This document shows, one piece after another, positions 11,702 to 21,883 of a DNA stretch of 64,000 nt (the first letter of the stretch is position 1; each line of letters begins with the position of its first letter). Source of the stretch: a virus (Duplodnaviria; Caudoviricetes); the IMG/VR virus record IMGVR_UViG_3300021387_000573, positions 60,756 to 124,755 of that record. One strand, written 5' to 3'. The position numbers and the translations under genes were made by a program. Below the pieces are notes generated by a model. The model had not been told where the DNA came from, did not search any database, and saw only the letters and a list, made by a program, of their open reading frames with translations.

Positions 11702-12528
11702 AGAAATACGACGCGCTCGGCGAGCGCATGAAAGGCTATGAGAACGTCACGCGCACCCATCTGATGCGCCGCTGTCCAGTCATCATCCGTATCGACGGCA
11801 AGGCGTTTCACACCTTCACGAGAGGCTTTCAAAAGCCTTTCGACCCCATCCTTGTGCAGTCCATGCAGGAGACCATGAAGTATCTCTGCGAGAATATCCA
11901 GGGCTGTGTGCTTGGTTATACGCAGTCTGACGAGATTTCTCTGGTGCTGGTGGACTATCTGCGGCTGAACAGTTGCGCGTGGTTTGATAACAACATCCAG
12001 AAGATGGTGAGTGTTGCGGCCAGCATGGCGACTATGGCTTTTAACAGATTCTTCTATAGGAGTGTTACTCAGTATAAAGAGAATATTCGAGAATACTTGG
12101 ATGAAAACGGAATGTTTCGAGAGTATTCAGACGAGAATCCGTCCTATTTAGTTATTTATGATAAAGCAATTGAGGGTGGCGCCACCTTCGACGCCCGCGT
12201 GTTCAACGTCCCAAAGGAAGAGGTCTGCAACAATATCCTCTGGAGGCAGAACGACGCCACAAGAAACAGCATTGAAGCTGTTGGACAGGCATATTTCTCT
12301 CAGGCGCAGCTCCACGGCAAGTCTTGCAACGAGATTCAGGATATGCTTATGACAGAGAAGGGTCTGAACTGGAATACGATCCCGGAGCACCTGAAGCGCG
12401 GCTCCTGTTGTATCCGTCTGACAGATCAGGAGACCGGCAGAGGTGAGTGGTTTGTTGATAAGAACCCGCCTATTTTCAAGGGAGACGGTCGGCAGTACAT
12501 TGACAACCTGGTCTTCGTAGGGGAGTAA
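11698..12528 (+). CDS. thg1: tRNA(His) guanylyltransferase Thg1-like protein (3'-5' polymerase)
   Basis: RMKGYE, RIDGKAFHTFT, YTQSDEIS, FDARV and WRQNDATRNS motifs. Confidence 0.92.
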   Translation: MKKYDALGERMKGYENVTRTHLMRRCPVIIRIDGKAFHTFTRGFQKPFDPILVQSMQETMKYLCENIQGCVLGYTQSDEISLVLVDYLRLNSCAWFDNNIQKMVSVAASMATMAFNRFFYRSVTQYKENIREYLDENGMFREYSDENPSYLVIYDKAIEGGATFDARVFNVPKEEVCNNILWRQNDATRNSIEAVGQAYFSQAQLHGKSCNEIQDMLMTEKGLNWNTIPEHLKRGSCCIRLTDQETGRGEWFVDKNPPIFKGDGRQYIDNLVFVGE

Positions 12529-12929
12529 GTATGAGAGCAATATTCTGCATTATATTGGCTTACTACTTGTTTCGTGTGGCCGCAGCCATTGTGCCAGGTT
12601 TGAAAACGGATTTTTACCGTGGCTTATTTATGCTTGCGTCTTTTATAGCCGTTCTTTGCGGTTCGATTTTGGCTGCTATGGGGAAGTGAAAGAGGTTTAT
12701 TCATGACAGTAAAAGAATTGATTGAACATTTAAAAAATTTTGATATGGATCTTCCCGTTGTTAGTTATGAAGGCGAAGAATTTAGTGTTGTCAGGTTAAA
12801 CGATGGGAGCAACGATGTTGCTGGCAACAGTTACGATGGTGAACCATATGTGATTTTGAAATGAAATGCGAATTTTATCATGAAAAAAGTGCCCATGAAT
12901 TGGGCGCTTGTAAAAAAGGAGAAGTGAGA

Positions 12930-13487
12930 ATGAAAAAGAGAATTATTGCTTTTGTATTATTGTTTATGCTTTTGCTTACCGGTTGCACGGAGTATACCCC
13001 TACCGGTTCCGAACAGGACGTGCAGAACACGAAAGAGGCAGCAAATACAATTCAGGGAAACCAGGCGACGCCTACAGATCTGAATTACTCTTTGGAGCGT
13101 TACAACTTGATCCGTCGTGCCTATTGGGTAAATGGACAGAGAGAAAAGGCAGACGCTTTACCTTGCGAAATCGAAAAGCCACTTGGCTATATCGTCTTGT
13201 TTAGTGGCAACGCTGCGGTCGGGAGTTTTGTCGTTGATGGAAAAGTTTCAAGTCTGAATAGCTACCTCACGCCGGACAGCGAGTATTTTGAAATTACAAC
13301 TGGTTGCACGACTACTTATACGAATAAGTGGTTGGCTGATGTTGATGGTACATACGGTCAGAATGATAGCGGCATCTTCTTCTTTACACCGGATGGCAAG
13401 TACATCGAGTGGTCTGGCGATTATCTGTACTCCGACATTCCGTTCAAGGTTGAAAATCCTGTCGTCAATTATGAGGTGGTCGGATGA
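12930..13487 (+). CDS. Predicted lipoprotein
   Basis: MKKR, hydrophobic stretch and LLTGC lipobox; AAGGAG RBS. Confidence 0.75.
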   Translation: MKKRIIAFVLLFMLLLTGCTEYTPTGSEQDVQNTKEAANTIQGNQATPTDLNYSLERYNLIRRAYWVNGQREKADALPCEIEKPLGYIVLFSGNAAVGSFVVDGKVSSLNSYLTPDSEYFEITTGCTTTYTNKWLADVDGTYGQNDSGIFFFTPDGKYIEWSGDYLYSDIPFKVENPVVNYEVVG

Positions 13488-13867
13488 ACAAATATAAAAA
13501 GATCATCGCTGCCGTCTGCGTCTTGGTCGTGATTGTTCTTCTCTCGTGGGGATTATCCCCGGTTGGCAGAGCTAATATCAATGAGTGGTTTTTCCACGTC
13601 CAAAAAGCAGACGATGTAACGAGCTACAAGACGCGGAAGAATGTTGAAGATACATGCCGTTCCATGATTGCCAGTTACACAAGCGACATAATGATGTACG
13701 AGCAATATAAAGACAGCGAAGATGAAGATAAACAGTCTTGGGCTGAGATGGCGCGTATTCGGGCAAATAAAACAGCGGTTTCTTACAATGAGTATATCTT
13801 GAAAAACTCGTTTGTATGGGATGGCAATATCCCGAGTGATATCACACATGAACTTCCCTATATCTAA
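13484..13867 (+). CDS. N-terminally membrane-anchored protein
   Basis: Single N-terminal TM helix; coupled to the lipoprotein gene. Confidence 0.7.
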   Translation: MNKYKKIIAAVCVLVVIVLLSWGLSPVGRANINEWFFHVQKADDVTSYKTRKNVEDTCRSMIASYTSDIMMYEQYKDSEDEDKQSWAEMARIRANKTAVSYNEYILKNSFVWDGNIPSDITHELPYI

Positions 13868-13879
13868 GCATGGAGGCGG

Positions 13880-14596
13880 TTGATGAAAACGAATCGAGGC
13901 TTTGAACTGCAATACTTCGACGATGATTATGGAGCAAAATGCTCCATCCAGGAAAGCAGCGCAGTGGTACCTCATGTATGGCTTGGGGTTCACAATCCTC
14001 CGCACAAAGTTATGTGGAGCAGCGCGGGAAAGTACGGGATAGAGATAGACGAAAAAGCCGGGTGGTATGACTACCCGATTCCGGAAGAAGTTCTTGTAGA
14101 AAGACGGATGCACTTGAACCAGAAGCAGGCGCGAGAGCTTGCGAGGAAACTTGAATTCTTTTCCGTGTGCGGCTATCTGCCGGAGGAGGAATGATATGTC
14201 TTATTGGGACGATTATGACGACGGCTGGGGCGATCCGCCCAAGAATCAGCGAATGAGCAGTAAACGCAGCCATCCGTTTGCCATCACATGCCGGAGCTGC
14301 GGTTCAAACTCTGTCAAAGTCATTGCCTACGAACACCAGGATCTTGGAATCGAGTGTTGCCGCTGTGGGGAGTATATCAACTGCGGAATCTATTACACAG
14401 ACAAAGGAGACTATTCCAAATGCTGAAAAAGTATCTGATTACATTCTGGAACGTAGATGGAACGGATGCCTACAGCGTCGTCATGGAATCGGAGCCATGC
14501 AAACTGAGCGAAACTGTAAACAAATGGGCAGAGAAGAACCGGAAGAAAATCAAGAATGCAATCGCTTATGAGCAGCGGGAGATTATCAATGGCTGA
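13880..14596 (+). CDS. Three hypothetical genes (13880-14194, ~14196-14426 Zn-ribbon, ~14420-14596)
   Basis: Tandem ORFs with RBSs. Confidence 0.6.
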
Positions 14597-14966
14597 ACTG
14601 AGAAGATGTCCTCATTGTAATAAACGAGTCGAATTTGTTGAGCTGCAAGGCGGTTATGCTATCGTGTGTTCGGATCATAATTGTCTTGGCGGCATGCAGA
14701 TTCACTACGGACTGAAAGATGATTGCGAGATTTTCAAACAAAAGCTCATTTCAAACTGGAACCGCAGAACACCGGATGTCATGGCGGTTGCAGCGGCTGT
14801 AAACTGCATTGAAGAGTTTCGCGACGAGCTGTATGAAAGCTGCCAGGAGCCATACGATGAGCATGGCGCGTGCTGTATTGAAACGGCGAACGAAATTCTG
14901 AACAGACTGTTGTGCTTTACAAGCCAGGAAGCTGTTGACGCATGGGAGAAAGAGGCTATTTCATGA
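14589..14966 (+). CDS. Lar (restriction alleviation)-like Zn-finger protein
   Basis: ELRRCPHC...C..C...NWNRR pattern. Confidence 0.55.
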   Translation: MAELRRCPHCNKRVEFVELQGGYAIVCSDHNCLGGMQIHYGLKDDCEIFKQKLISNWNRRTPDVMAVAAAVNCIEEFRDELYESCQEPYDEHGACCIETANEILNRLLCFTSQEAVDAWEKEAIS

Positions 14967-15379
14967 GAGAAATTCTTTTTAGAGGTAAACGCCTGGATAG
15001 CGGCGAGTGGATATACGGCGATCTGGTCAATGCAAATGAAATGCGCACAGGTGCTCGTCGTGTTGAAATATGGGTTCCGCAGCCGGACGGTGTATGTGAT
15101 CCATGGAATTTGGAGTATGGGGTTGTCGATCCTGAAACAGTCGGCCAGTATACTGGCTTGCTTGACAAGAATGGAGTAAAAGTCTTCGATGGCGATATCA
15201 TCATGATTGACGATTGTATCCGGCTTGAAAGAGTTGTGTTTAAAATGGGCTGTTTCTACGGGCAAGAGAAGATCCCTGCTGGCTACAATCTTAAACCTCT
15301 GGAAGCGTACTGCTATGCACATGGGCCCGTAATGGAAGTGATAGGGAACATCTATGATAACCCAGAGTTACTGGCATAG
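14963..15379 (+). CDS. YopX family protein
   Basis: MREILFRGK..GEWIYG, VGQYTGLLDKNG, EVIGNIYDNPELL. Confidence 0.9.
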   Translation: MREILFRGKRLDSGEWIYGDLVNANEMRTGARRVEIWVPQPDGVCDPWNLEYGVVDPETVGQYTGLLDKNGVKVFDGDIIMIDDCIRLERVVFKMGCFYGQEKIPAGYNLKPLEAYCYAHGPVMEVIGNIYDNPELLA

Positions 15380-15387
15380 GAGATTGC

Positions 15388-17718
15388 ATGAACGAAGCAT
15401 TAGCAAAGGTTTTGGATTTTGTTTCAAGGAACGAAGATTATCATTATTCCAGGTTGACATGTGGCGAGAAACAAACAGATGATCTAATGAATACATCTGC
15501 TGCTGTTGCCTTCCAGAAAGTAAGGTATTTTATTGAAGACCTTATGGACGAATGATAAAACGACTGTTTGATTACCACATATACCACAATATATAGATGT
15601 TGAGAAGCGAGTGAACACAATATAATGAAAGAATACATAGAACGAGAGAAGGCTTTGTCTGCACAAAACAAATCCATGAACCTGAACGAGATGCGAGAGC
15701 GTCTGAAACGTATCCCTGCCGCCAATGTGCAGCCGGTGGTCTTCTGTAAGAACTGCGCCGTTCCGCATAACCAATGGACAGGCTGTCCGAAGCTCGGCGG
15801 ACTCGTAACAGAGCCGGACTTCTACTGCGCCTTTGGCGAGCCGAAAGGAGATTTAAAATGATCTACATGGTTGCTAAGCAATATAAAAATGGAGAGCTCA
15901 GATTTATGCATTCTGGGCGATCCAGCACACCATTTGCCACCGAGAACCTGTCTGCGGCAAAAGCTATGGCTACTCACGCGCAGCGCAGTGCGTGGAAGGA
16001 TGTTAGTGAAGTCGTGATTTTTGAATGTGACTTCAGAACAATGGACATCATGGCGATTGATGTTCGCCCGGTTAAGCACACTCCTGCAGAGCCATGGGAA
16101 TTGCAGAGTAATAAAACACAGATTTAATCATCGTATTTTCTCCACGAATTACACTTTTCGTATAATTACTGGAGCAAATATGACTACTTTTCAATAAGGA
16201 GGATGCATGACTCTCACCAAGAAACAGATTGCGGCAATCCAGCGCGTTATTATTAACTGTGTTTCAGATCCGAGACACAAAGATATGTCAGGAGAAGCAC
16301 CTGTGTCGGATGGTATTATCATTACAGATGGGCATGTCTTGCTTCATGCTCCGGAATCTCTCGGATTCAAACAGCAGAATGAATCGGATTCGAAGAGCGC
16401 GGAGCGTATGAACAAGTATTCCCATGCTGCCTTTGATGATTACGGTGCCGACTTCTACCGCGTCGAGGAGCCGATTCCGAACGGAAAGTCATCCTCTAAA
16501 CTTCGTGTCATGCTGAAGGAGCATACCTTCATGTCTGATGATGGGCAGCATGTCGTTGTTTCTTTGTCTTCTCATGATATCAGAGGCGATGAAGTGTGGT
16601 CAGTTTTTGACTACGGCAACCTTGTCAACGCATTTGAAGCTGTTGGCAAAGATGCCATTGCTTACATCGGAAACAGCGCCAACTTACATTGCCCAGAACC
16701 GTATCTGATCATAGAGCCGGAATACGACTATGGCAATTTGAGTCAGGGAATTCACGCAGTTGTCATGCCTTGCCGTACAAGCAGGAGGAAGCCGTGAGAG
16801 ATACTTATTCCGGCGGATACAAGGCCGCGCTCTTGGATGTATATAACTTTCTGGAACGCGGACGACCTATCGAAGAGACATGCAGATCTAAGAAGCAGTA
16901 TCAAACAATGGTGCGTTCTCTTCTGGAATTGCTTCTCCTGGATAGCATCGCCAGAGAAGACTTCATGATTTTTGGTGGTGCCTGCTGGGTGAAGCAAGCG
17001 CCGGACGGCAAGATCCTTTCTGTCAGCGCGAATAAAACAAAGGATTGATCTCGGCTATACATATCAATTATAGGAGGTGCCGCTTATGGCCGAGTTTTGC
17101 AAAGACTGTTTTCTTGAGATCAATCCGTTGAAAGAGAATGAAACCGTCGTCCTCTCCGCGCAAGACGACCTGGATCTCTGCGAGGGTTGCGGGCATTGGA
17201 AGCGCGTGGTCGTCAGGATCAGACACAAGAACATCATTGATAGGCTCAAAGAGAATCATAACAAGAATTGACGCCGTAACAGCGTCATGGTAAAATCAAA
17301 ACACAACATTAGGAGGAAATGAAAATGCAGAAGTATGGTGTTATTAAGACAGTAGGCAATGAGACCACCGTTCTCGAAGTGTGTAGCAGCAAGGAAGGCG
17401 CTTTTGTTGGCAAACAGCGCTACCGTGACGCCTATAAAGGGCAGGATGTGCAGATCGACGCCATCAAGGGCGAGTTCGACGAGAACGGGAAGCTGGTCTA
17501 CAACAAGTACACACTCCTGTACGAGCTCTGAGCATTGTTAAAAAGGAGGCGGCTCGGTTATGTGGTTAATATATGTCATTGGTTTCTTTGCGTTGCTCTT
17601 CTGGCTGGTGGACGGCATCCTGAATGCCACCGGCTGGACTGATCCTAAGGAACGCCGAGCCGCCAAGGCTTTTATCTTCACCAGTATGCTGAACGATAAG
17701 ACGCCGAATGGCAAATAA
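15388..17718 (+). CDS. Small hypothetical genes (15388-15555, 15625-15861, ~15858-16127, 16207-16797, ~16794-17048, ~17086-17271, 17319-17531, ~17560-17718)
   Basis: Tandem ORFs; 16207-16797 has beta-clamp-like motifs (see findings). Confidence 0.6.
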
Positions 17719-17779
17719 AAGAGTGGTTTGATCCGCCTCGGCTGAGGTTGGGGCGGATAAAATTATCTCCACAAAACTG

Positions 17780-17808
17780 TTGACAAATGTAAAATCGTAT
17801 GGTAGAAT
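17780..17808 (+). promoter_or_regulatory. Sigma-A promoter with CTGTTGACAAATGTA box
   Basis: TTGACA-17-TAGAAT upstream of the recombinase gene. Confidence 0.85.
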
Positions 17809-17840
17809 CTCATTGAAAGTTAGCCAAGGAGGTTTGAACC

Positions 17841-18809
17841 ATGAAGAGCATGATCGAAGGCAGCAACGTCTTGAAGCCCGATTTCGGCTGGTACAACGAG
17901 CCGCAGCAAACTGAGATCGTAGAGATTGCCAGCAATGAGAAGCGTGAGCATTGCGGCAAAAGAGTGGGGCAGAAGTCTGAAGTGTTCGCTTACGAACCCG
18001 CCGATGCCGCAAAAATGATTGCCTATTTCGCCTCGCATCAAAAGTGGATTCACTATCTCCTGTTTACGATTCAGACGATCTCCGCCCGCCGAATCGGTGA
18101 TCTGATCGGGTATTGCAGTAAGCAGAGCGGTAAAAAGGAAAGCGACGGGCTTCTCTGGTGTGATTTCTTCCATCCAGCGAACGGCAAGTTTCGTAGAGAG
18201 ATCCGTTCTTTCAAGGAACAGAAGACCGGCAAACTGGCCAGTCCCATGATTCCGGAGGCGATGCGTGATGCCATCACGCTCTATTGCGAGAAAACAGGCT
18301 GTGATCCATCGGCAAACAACTATCAAAACCCTGTTTTTCTCCAGCTTTCCGGGACGCACAAGGGTAAGGTTGTTTCCTATGCAGGCGTTCAAAAGGCGCT
18401 GAAAGAAGCTGCTGCTGCATGCGAGATCGAGTACAATGTCGGCACACACAGCGCCAGAAAGACATTCGGTGCCGCAACGAAAATGCTCCATCCCGGCGAC
18501 GCCTCTTGTATCGAGGCGTTGCAAGGCTACTATAACCATAGTTCCAGTGCTATTACAAACCGATACATTGGTCTGACGAAAAAGAAGACTGACGGTTATG
18601 TTGAGGACATGGGAAAATTCTTCAATGAATACATCGTTGGCGGCAAAGAGATCCCAATGCAGATTGCGTCTCCGGTAATCTCAGTAGATACTGAGGCTCT
18701 GTTCCAGTTAATCCAGCAAGCGTTCTACGCAGGGAAGAACAGCGATGGTTCAAACGACGCAGCTCTTGTCATCGAATTAACCAAGCAGATCAACAACATC
18801 AGGAAGTGA
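17841..18809 (+). CDS. Tyrosine recombinase (catalytic-domain type, no arm-binding domain)
   Basis: RIGDL (R), EQKTGK (K), HSARKTF (HxxR), NHSS (H), RYIG (Y): full catalytic set. Confidence 0.88.
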   Translation: MKSMIEGSNVLKPDFGWYNEPQQTEIVEIASNEKREHCGKRVGQKSEVFAYEPADAAKMIAYFASHQKWIHYLLFTIQTISARRIGDLIGYCSKQSGKKESDGLLWCDFFHPANGKFRREIRSFKEQKTGKLASPMIPEAMRDAITLYCEKTGCDPSANNYQNPVFLQLSGTHKGKVVSYAGVQKALKEAAAACEIEYNVGTHSARKTFGAATKMLHPGDASCIEALQGYYNHSSSAITNRYIGLTKKKTDGYVEDMGKFFNEYIVGGKEIPMQIASPVISVDTEALFQLIQQAFYAGKNSDGSNDAALVIELTKQINNIRK

Positions 18810-18815
18810 GGGAAT

Positions 18816-18974
18816 ATGCAGACGGCAATCATTATAATTCTGGCGGTTGCTCTGGCGGTTGTGAGTTTTCTTTACTACCGCCAGGGGAAACTCCTCGATA
18901 AAATCAGCGCGAAATACATAAGCGACCATCGTTGTTTGCAAAATTTTGCTAAGGCTTTCCTGACAGAAGAATAA
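18816..18974 (+). CDS. Small membrane protein (52 aa)
   Basis: MQTAIIIILAVALAVVSFLYY...; below the ORF-track cutoff. Confidence 0.5.
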   Translation: MQTAIIIILAVALAVVSFLYYRQGKLLDKISAKYISDHRCLQNFAKAFLTEE

Positions 18975-19010
18975 AAATTACAAAACAGTAAAATTTTGTT
19001 GCCAAAACTG

Positions 19011-19039
19011 TTGACAAATGTATAATGTTTTGATATAAT
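19011..19039 (+). promoter_or_regulatory. Sigma-A promoter with CTGTTGACAAATGTA box
   Basis: TTGACA-17-TATAAT with extended TG, upstream of mazF. Confidence 0.88.
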
Positions 19040-19072
19040 GTCATCGAAATCAAAAGAAAGGAAGATGACGTT

Positions 19073-19474
19073 ATGTCGGATCATAGGCAGCAGAGTTATC
19101 CTCGTTGTTATGAGATATGGATGTGCGATCTTGGCAGCAATGGCGTCGGGATACAGAGTGGTTATCGTCCTGTTCTGATCCTGTCAAATGACAGAAATAA
19201 TCTGTTCTCTCCGACAGTTAACGTCGCTCCTCTGACAACAAAAATGAACAAACGTAATCTGCCGGTTCATGTGGAGCTCTGGAACAACAGGGCGTATGGC
19301 CTGCTCTCTCCAAGCACGATTCTGATCGAGCAGCTTACAACTGTTCATGTCAACGCGCTCGACAGAAAGATTGGGCAGATCACGGATGATGAAACGCTGG
19401 CCCAAATTTATACCGCAGTCAGTGTCCAGTTCCCGATCATTCAGGCGTTATCAACTCTTCCTCTTACTTCTTAA
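19073..19474 (+). CDS. mazF: PemK/MazF family endoribonuclease
   Basis: EIWMCDL...QSGYRPVLILSND..N..SPTVNVAPLTT...PVHV...STILIEQLTTV. Confidence 0.9.
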   Translation: MSDHRQQSYPRCYEIWMCDLGSNGVGIQSGYRPVLILSNDRNNLFSPTVNVAPLTTKMNKRNLPVHVELWNNRAYGLLSPSTILIEQLTTVHVNALDRKIGQITDDETLAQIYTAVSVQFPIIQALSTLPLTS

Positions 19475-19488
19475 AGCAGTTATAACTG

Positions 19489-19517
19489 TTGACAAATGTA
19501 ATAAGATACTATATATT
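19489..19517 (+). promoter_or_regulatory. Sigma-A promoter with CTGTTGACAAATGTA box
   Basis: TTGACA-17-TATATT upstream of the MrpR-like gene. Confidence 0.75.
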
Positions 19518-19529
19518 GAGGAAGAGGTG

Positions 19530-20564
19530 ATGACTATGGCATCAAATACGTTTGATGTGTTTGCGCGATTTTGTGAACAGTCCTTTCCAGATGAAACAAG
19601 ACGCGGCAGAATCTACAATCTACTTGCAAGAAAAGAGCTCTTGGAGGAAGAAGCGAAGCTCAATAAAAGCTTCTTTGATTTTTCGGCCAGCGAGATAGAG
19701 CATTATCTGAGCAATTTATATAACAACGCATATCGCCGCAGTGATAAGATTCGCCCATCCAAATCTTATCTCCGCAATCTGGTTAGTTATTATCGCAGAG
19801 CCTTTGCATTCTATCTTGCCGAAACCGGCGGCGGAGAGAACCCATTAGAAGACAAGCGTTTTCGCTATCTTGGATTTAAGAGCCAGGATAATGTCACAAT
19901 TTTTACGAGAGAAACGCTGGAGAACCTTTGCCTTTCTATCGGTGATAGATTCGATCCGGGTGACGCAGAGTTTACACAGCTTATTCTCTGGTTGTTTTAT
20001 TCCGGATGTTTCTCACTGGATGATATCCTTGCTATTCCGCAGGATGGAGTTGACTTTGTAAGGAATATCGTCCACCTTCCAGATAGAAATATTCATCCGC
20101 AAGAGGAATGCATGGAATTGCTGAGGCGGAACCACGAGATTGAGAGTTACAAAGCTTATAAATACACCAATCTAATGTTTCCTTATCACGGCAGTTATGT
20201 GTGGTTCCCGTATCGTATGACGAAGACGCCGGATGGCTCCGATCCTTATGACTATGCCTATCGGCAACACCAAGAGCGTACAGAAGGGCGTGTCAGAGAC
20301 CTGATCAGCAAGCGGCTTACCAAGATCCGTAACGAGATAGGTGTCTTTATTCGCCCAGATGCACTGTACTATCGCGGTATTTATGATTATATCGTTTCTA
20401 AGTGCGGCAAGCAGCATGCTAAGGAAATCATATGGTCAGATACTGGGCGCAATACCTTTGAAGAATCCGATGAGTTTAAGCAATATCTTCGTGAGTATGG
20501 GGCCAGGATAACCGATGATTCAGAGATATACAAAATAAAGCGAAGTCTTTTTGAATTCCTGTAA
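19530..20564 (+). CDS. Recombinase-fold protein lacking catalytic residues; SPbeta MrpR/YopR-like repressor candidate
   Basis: FTRETL...LILWLFYSG..LDDILAI...VDF..NIVHL and LYYRGI patterns; no HxxR; size ~345 aa. Confidence 0.5.
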   Translation: MTMASNTFDVFARFCEQSFPDETRRGRIYNLLARKELLEEEAKLNKSFFDFSASEIEHYLSNLYNNAYRRSDKIRPSKSYLRNLVSYYRRAFAFYLAETGGGENPLEDKRFRYLGFKSQDNVTIFTRETLENLCLSIGDRFDPGDAEFTQLILWLFYSGCFSLDDILAIPQDGVDFVRNIVHLPDRNIHPQEECMELLRRNHEIESYKAYKYTNLMFPYHGSYVWFPYRMTKTPDGSDPYDYAYRQHQERTEGRVRDLISKRLTKIRNEIGVFIRPDALYYRGIYDYIVSKCGKQHAKEIIWSDTGRNTFEESDEFKQYLREYGARITDDSEIYKIKRSLFEFL

Positions 20565-20568
20565 TAGC

Positions 20569-20593
20569 CAATGGGAGCATTTTGCTCCCATTG
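20569..20593 (+). terminator. Hairpin after MrpR-like gene
   Basis: CAATGGGAGC-atttt-GCTCCCATTG, 10-bp stem. Confidence 0.55.
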
Positions 20594-20633
20594 ATGAAAA
20601 AATTAAACGCATTCAAAAGAAACAAAAATCGAG

Positions 20634-21305
20634 GTGAAGGCATTGTCCCTTTGTTATGTGATTGCGGATTCCAGCGGTCGGTATATCATGAAAAACGCAG
20701 CCAATCAGTACGTGCCGGTCTACGATCTTGACTATGCCGAGAAATATGATTCGCCGACAAAGGCAAAGAACGTACTAAATTCCTGTATCAACCGCAATAT
20801 GCGCAAACTTTTCAGCGTAAAAGAAACTGAGATTGACGAGAAAGAAACCGTCACTCGGCAGACCAAGACCGAGCAAACACCAGATATATCGGTCAAGATT
20901 ACATATCGTCCAAAACAGGATCAACTTCGACGGCTGGCGGCACAGGAGGTAGGAGAGGAAGATCTATCGTTCTCTAAGAGCAATATTCTCAGCGCCATTG
21001 GTAATATAGAATCAGTGCGCGAGAGAAAACTTGCGCTCCAAGAGCAACACAGCGTTATCGAAAAAGAGATTATGGACATCGAACACTACATCGAACTGAG
21101 CGATGGTCTGAACGCCTATCAGGGCTGGCTGGCTTACATGACGCTGCGTAAGCGGCTCAAGATACGCCGGCAGGTAAAAGATGAGATCACGGTGCTTTCA
21201 GATGTTGAGGATGTCATGAGCGGTCTGAAGAAAACAATATCTAAGATCAACGGTTTGAATGGACGCAGGTATGAACCTCGTGTTCTGACGGAACTTTTCA
21301 CATAA
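20634..21305 (+). CDS. Hypothetical coiled-coil protein
   Basis: 223 aa ORF. Confidence 0.7.
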   Translation: MKALSLCYVIADSSGRYIMKNAANQYVPVYDLDYAEKYDSPTKAKNVLNSCINRNMRKLFSVKETEIDEKETVTRQTKTEQTPDISVKITYRPKQDQLRRLAAQEVGEEDLSFSKSNILSAIGNIESVRERKLALQEQHSVIEKEIMDIEHYIELSDGLNAYQGWLAYMTLRKRLKIRRQVKDEITVLSDVEDVMSGLKKTISKINGLNGRRYEPRVLTELFT

Positions 21306-21330
21306 CAACACGCATTTGTTGCGTGTTCAT

Positions 21331-21404
21331 GGCCGGTTCGTATAACGGTAGTACATCGGACTTTGACTCCGGCAGCGATGGTTCGACCCCATCACCGGCT
21401 GCCA
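21331..21404 (+). tRNA. tRNA-Gln(TTG)
   Basis: Cloverleaf; TCGGA-CT-TTG-AC-TCCGG; GGTTCGA; encoded CCA. Confidence 0.92.
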
Positions 21405-21434
21405 TAAAAAATATAAAATTCTATAATAAAACTG

Positions 21435-21463
21435 TTGACAAATGCAAAACGCTTTGCTATAAT
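21435..21463 (+). promoter_or_regulatory. Consensus sigma-A promoter with CTGTTGACAAATGCA box
   Basis: TTGACA-17-TATAAT with extended TG. Confidence 0.9.
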
Positions 21464-21694
21464 ACAAGAGGGTCAAACGAGAGACCCCATAAACAGAGAA
21501 TCAAATACATTGAAAAGCAACTAAAACCTTGCTGAGTCTAATCTACATATTGTCACTATATACCGTCTCCTTCATAGTTCTCCTTCCGAAATTTAGACTC
21601 AACTAAAACGCAGCAGACGCCTGCTGTAATCCCAGAGTTGCCCATAGGTTGGTGGCACCAGGTCTCTGGGACATAGATTAAAAGGAGAGTCGAT

Positions 21695-21880
21695 ATGACT
21701 TACAAGTTCAAATGCCCGTCATGTGGGAAGCAAACAGAGATCCAGATGCGAATGAGCGAATATCGATCTGACGGCCATATATGTGAGTGCGGTGCGGAGC
21801 TGGTGAGAGATGTGTCAGATATGTGTACCGCCTACTCGCTGAATTGCACCGGCTTCTACTCGGATCATCCGTCGAGGTGA
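21695..21880 (+). CDS. FmdB-like zinc-ribbon protein
   Basis: MTYKFKCPSCG...C.CG; AAAGGAG RBS. Confidence 0.7.
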   Translation: MTYKFKCPSCGKQTEIQMRMSEYRSDGHICECGAELVRDVSDMCTAYSLNCTGFYSDHPSR

Positions 21881-21883
21881 GCC

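Noticed and set aside
17841-21305. Arbitrium (aimR/aimP) system
   Set aside because: No TPR receptor or signal-peptide pro-peptide recognised in this window
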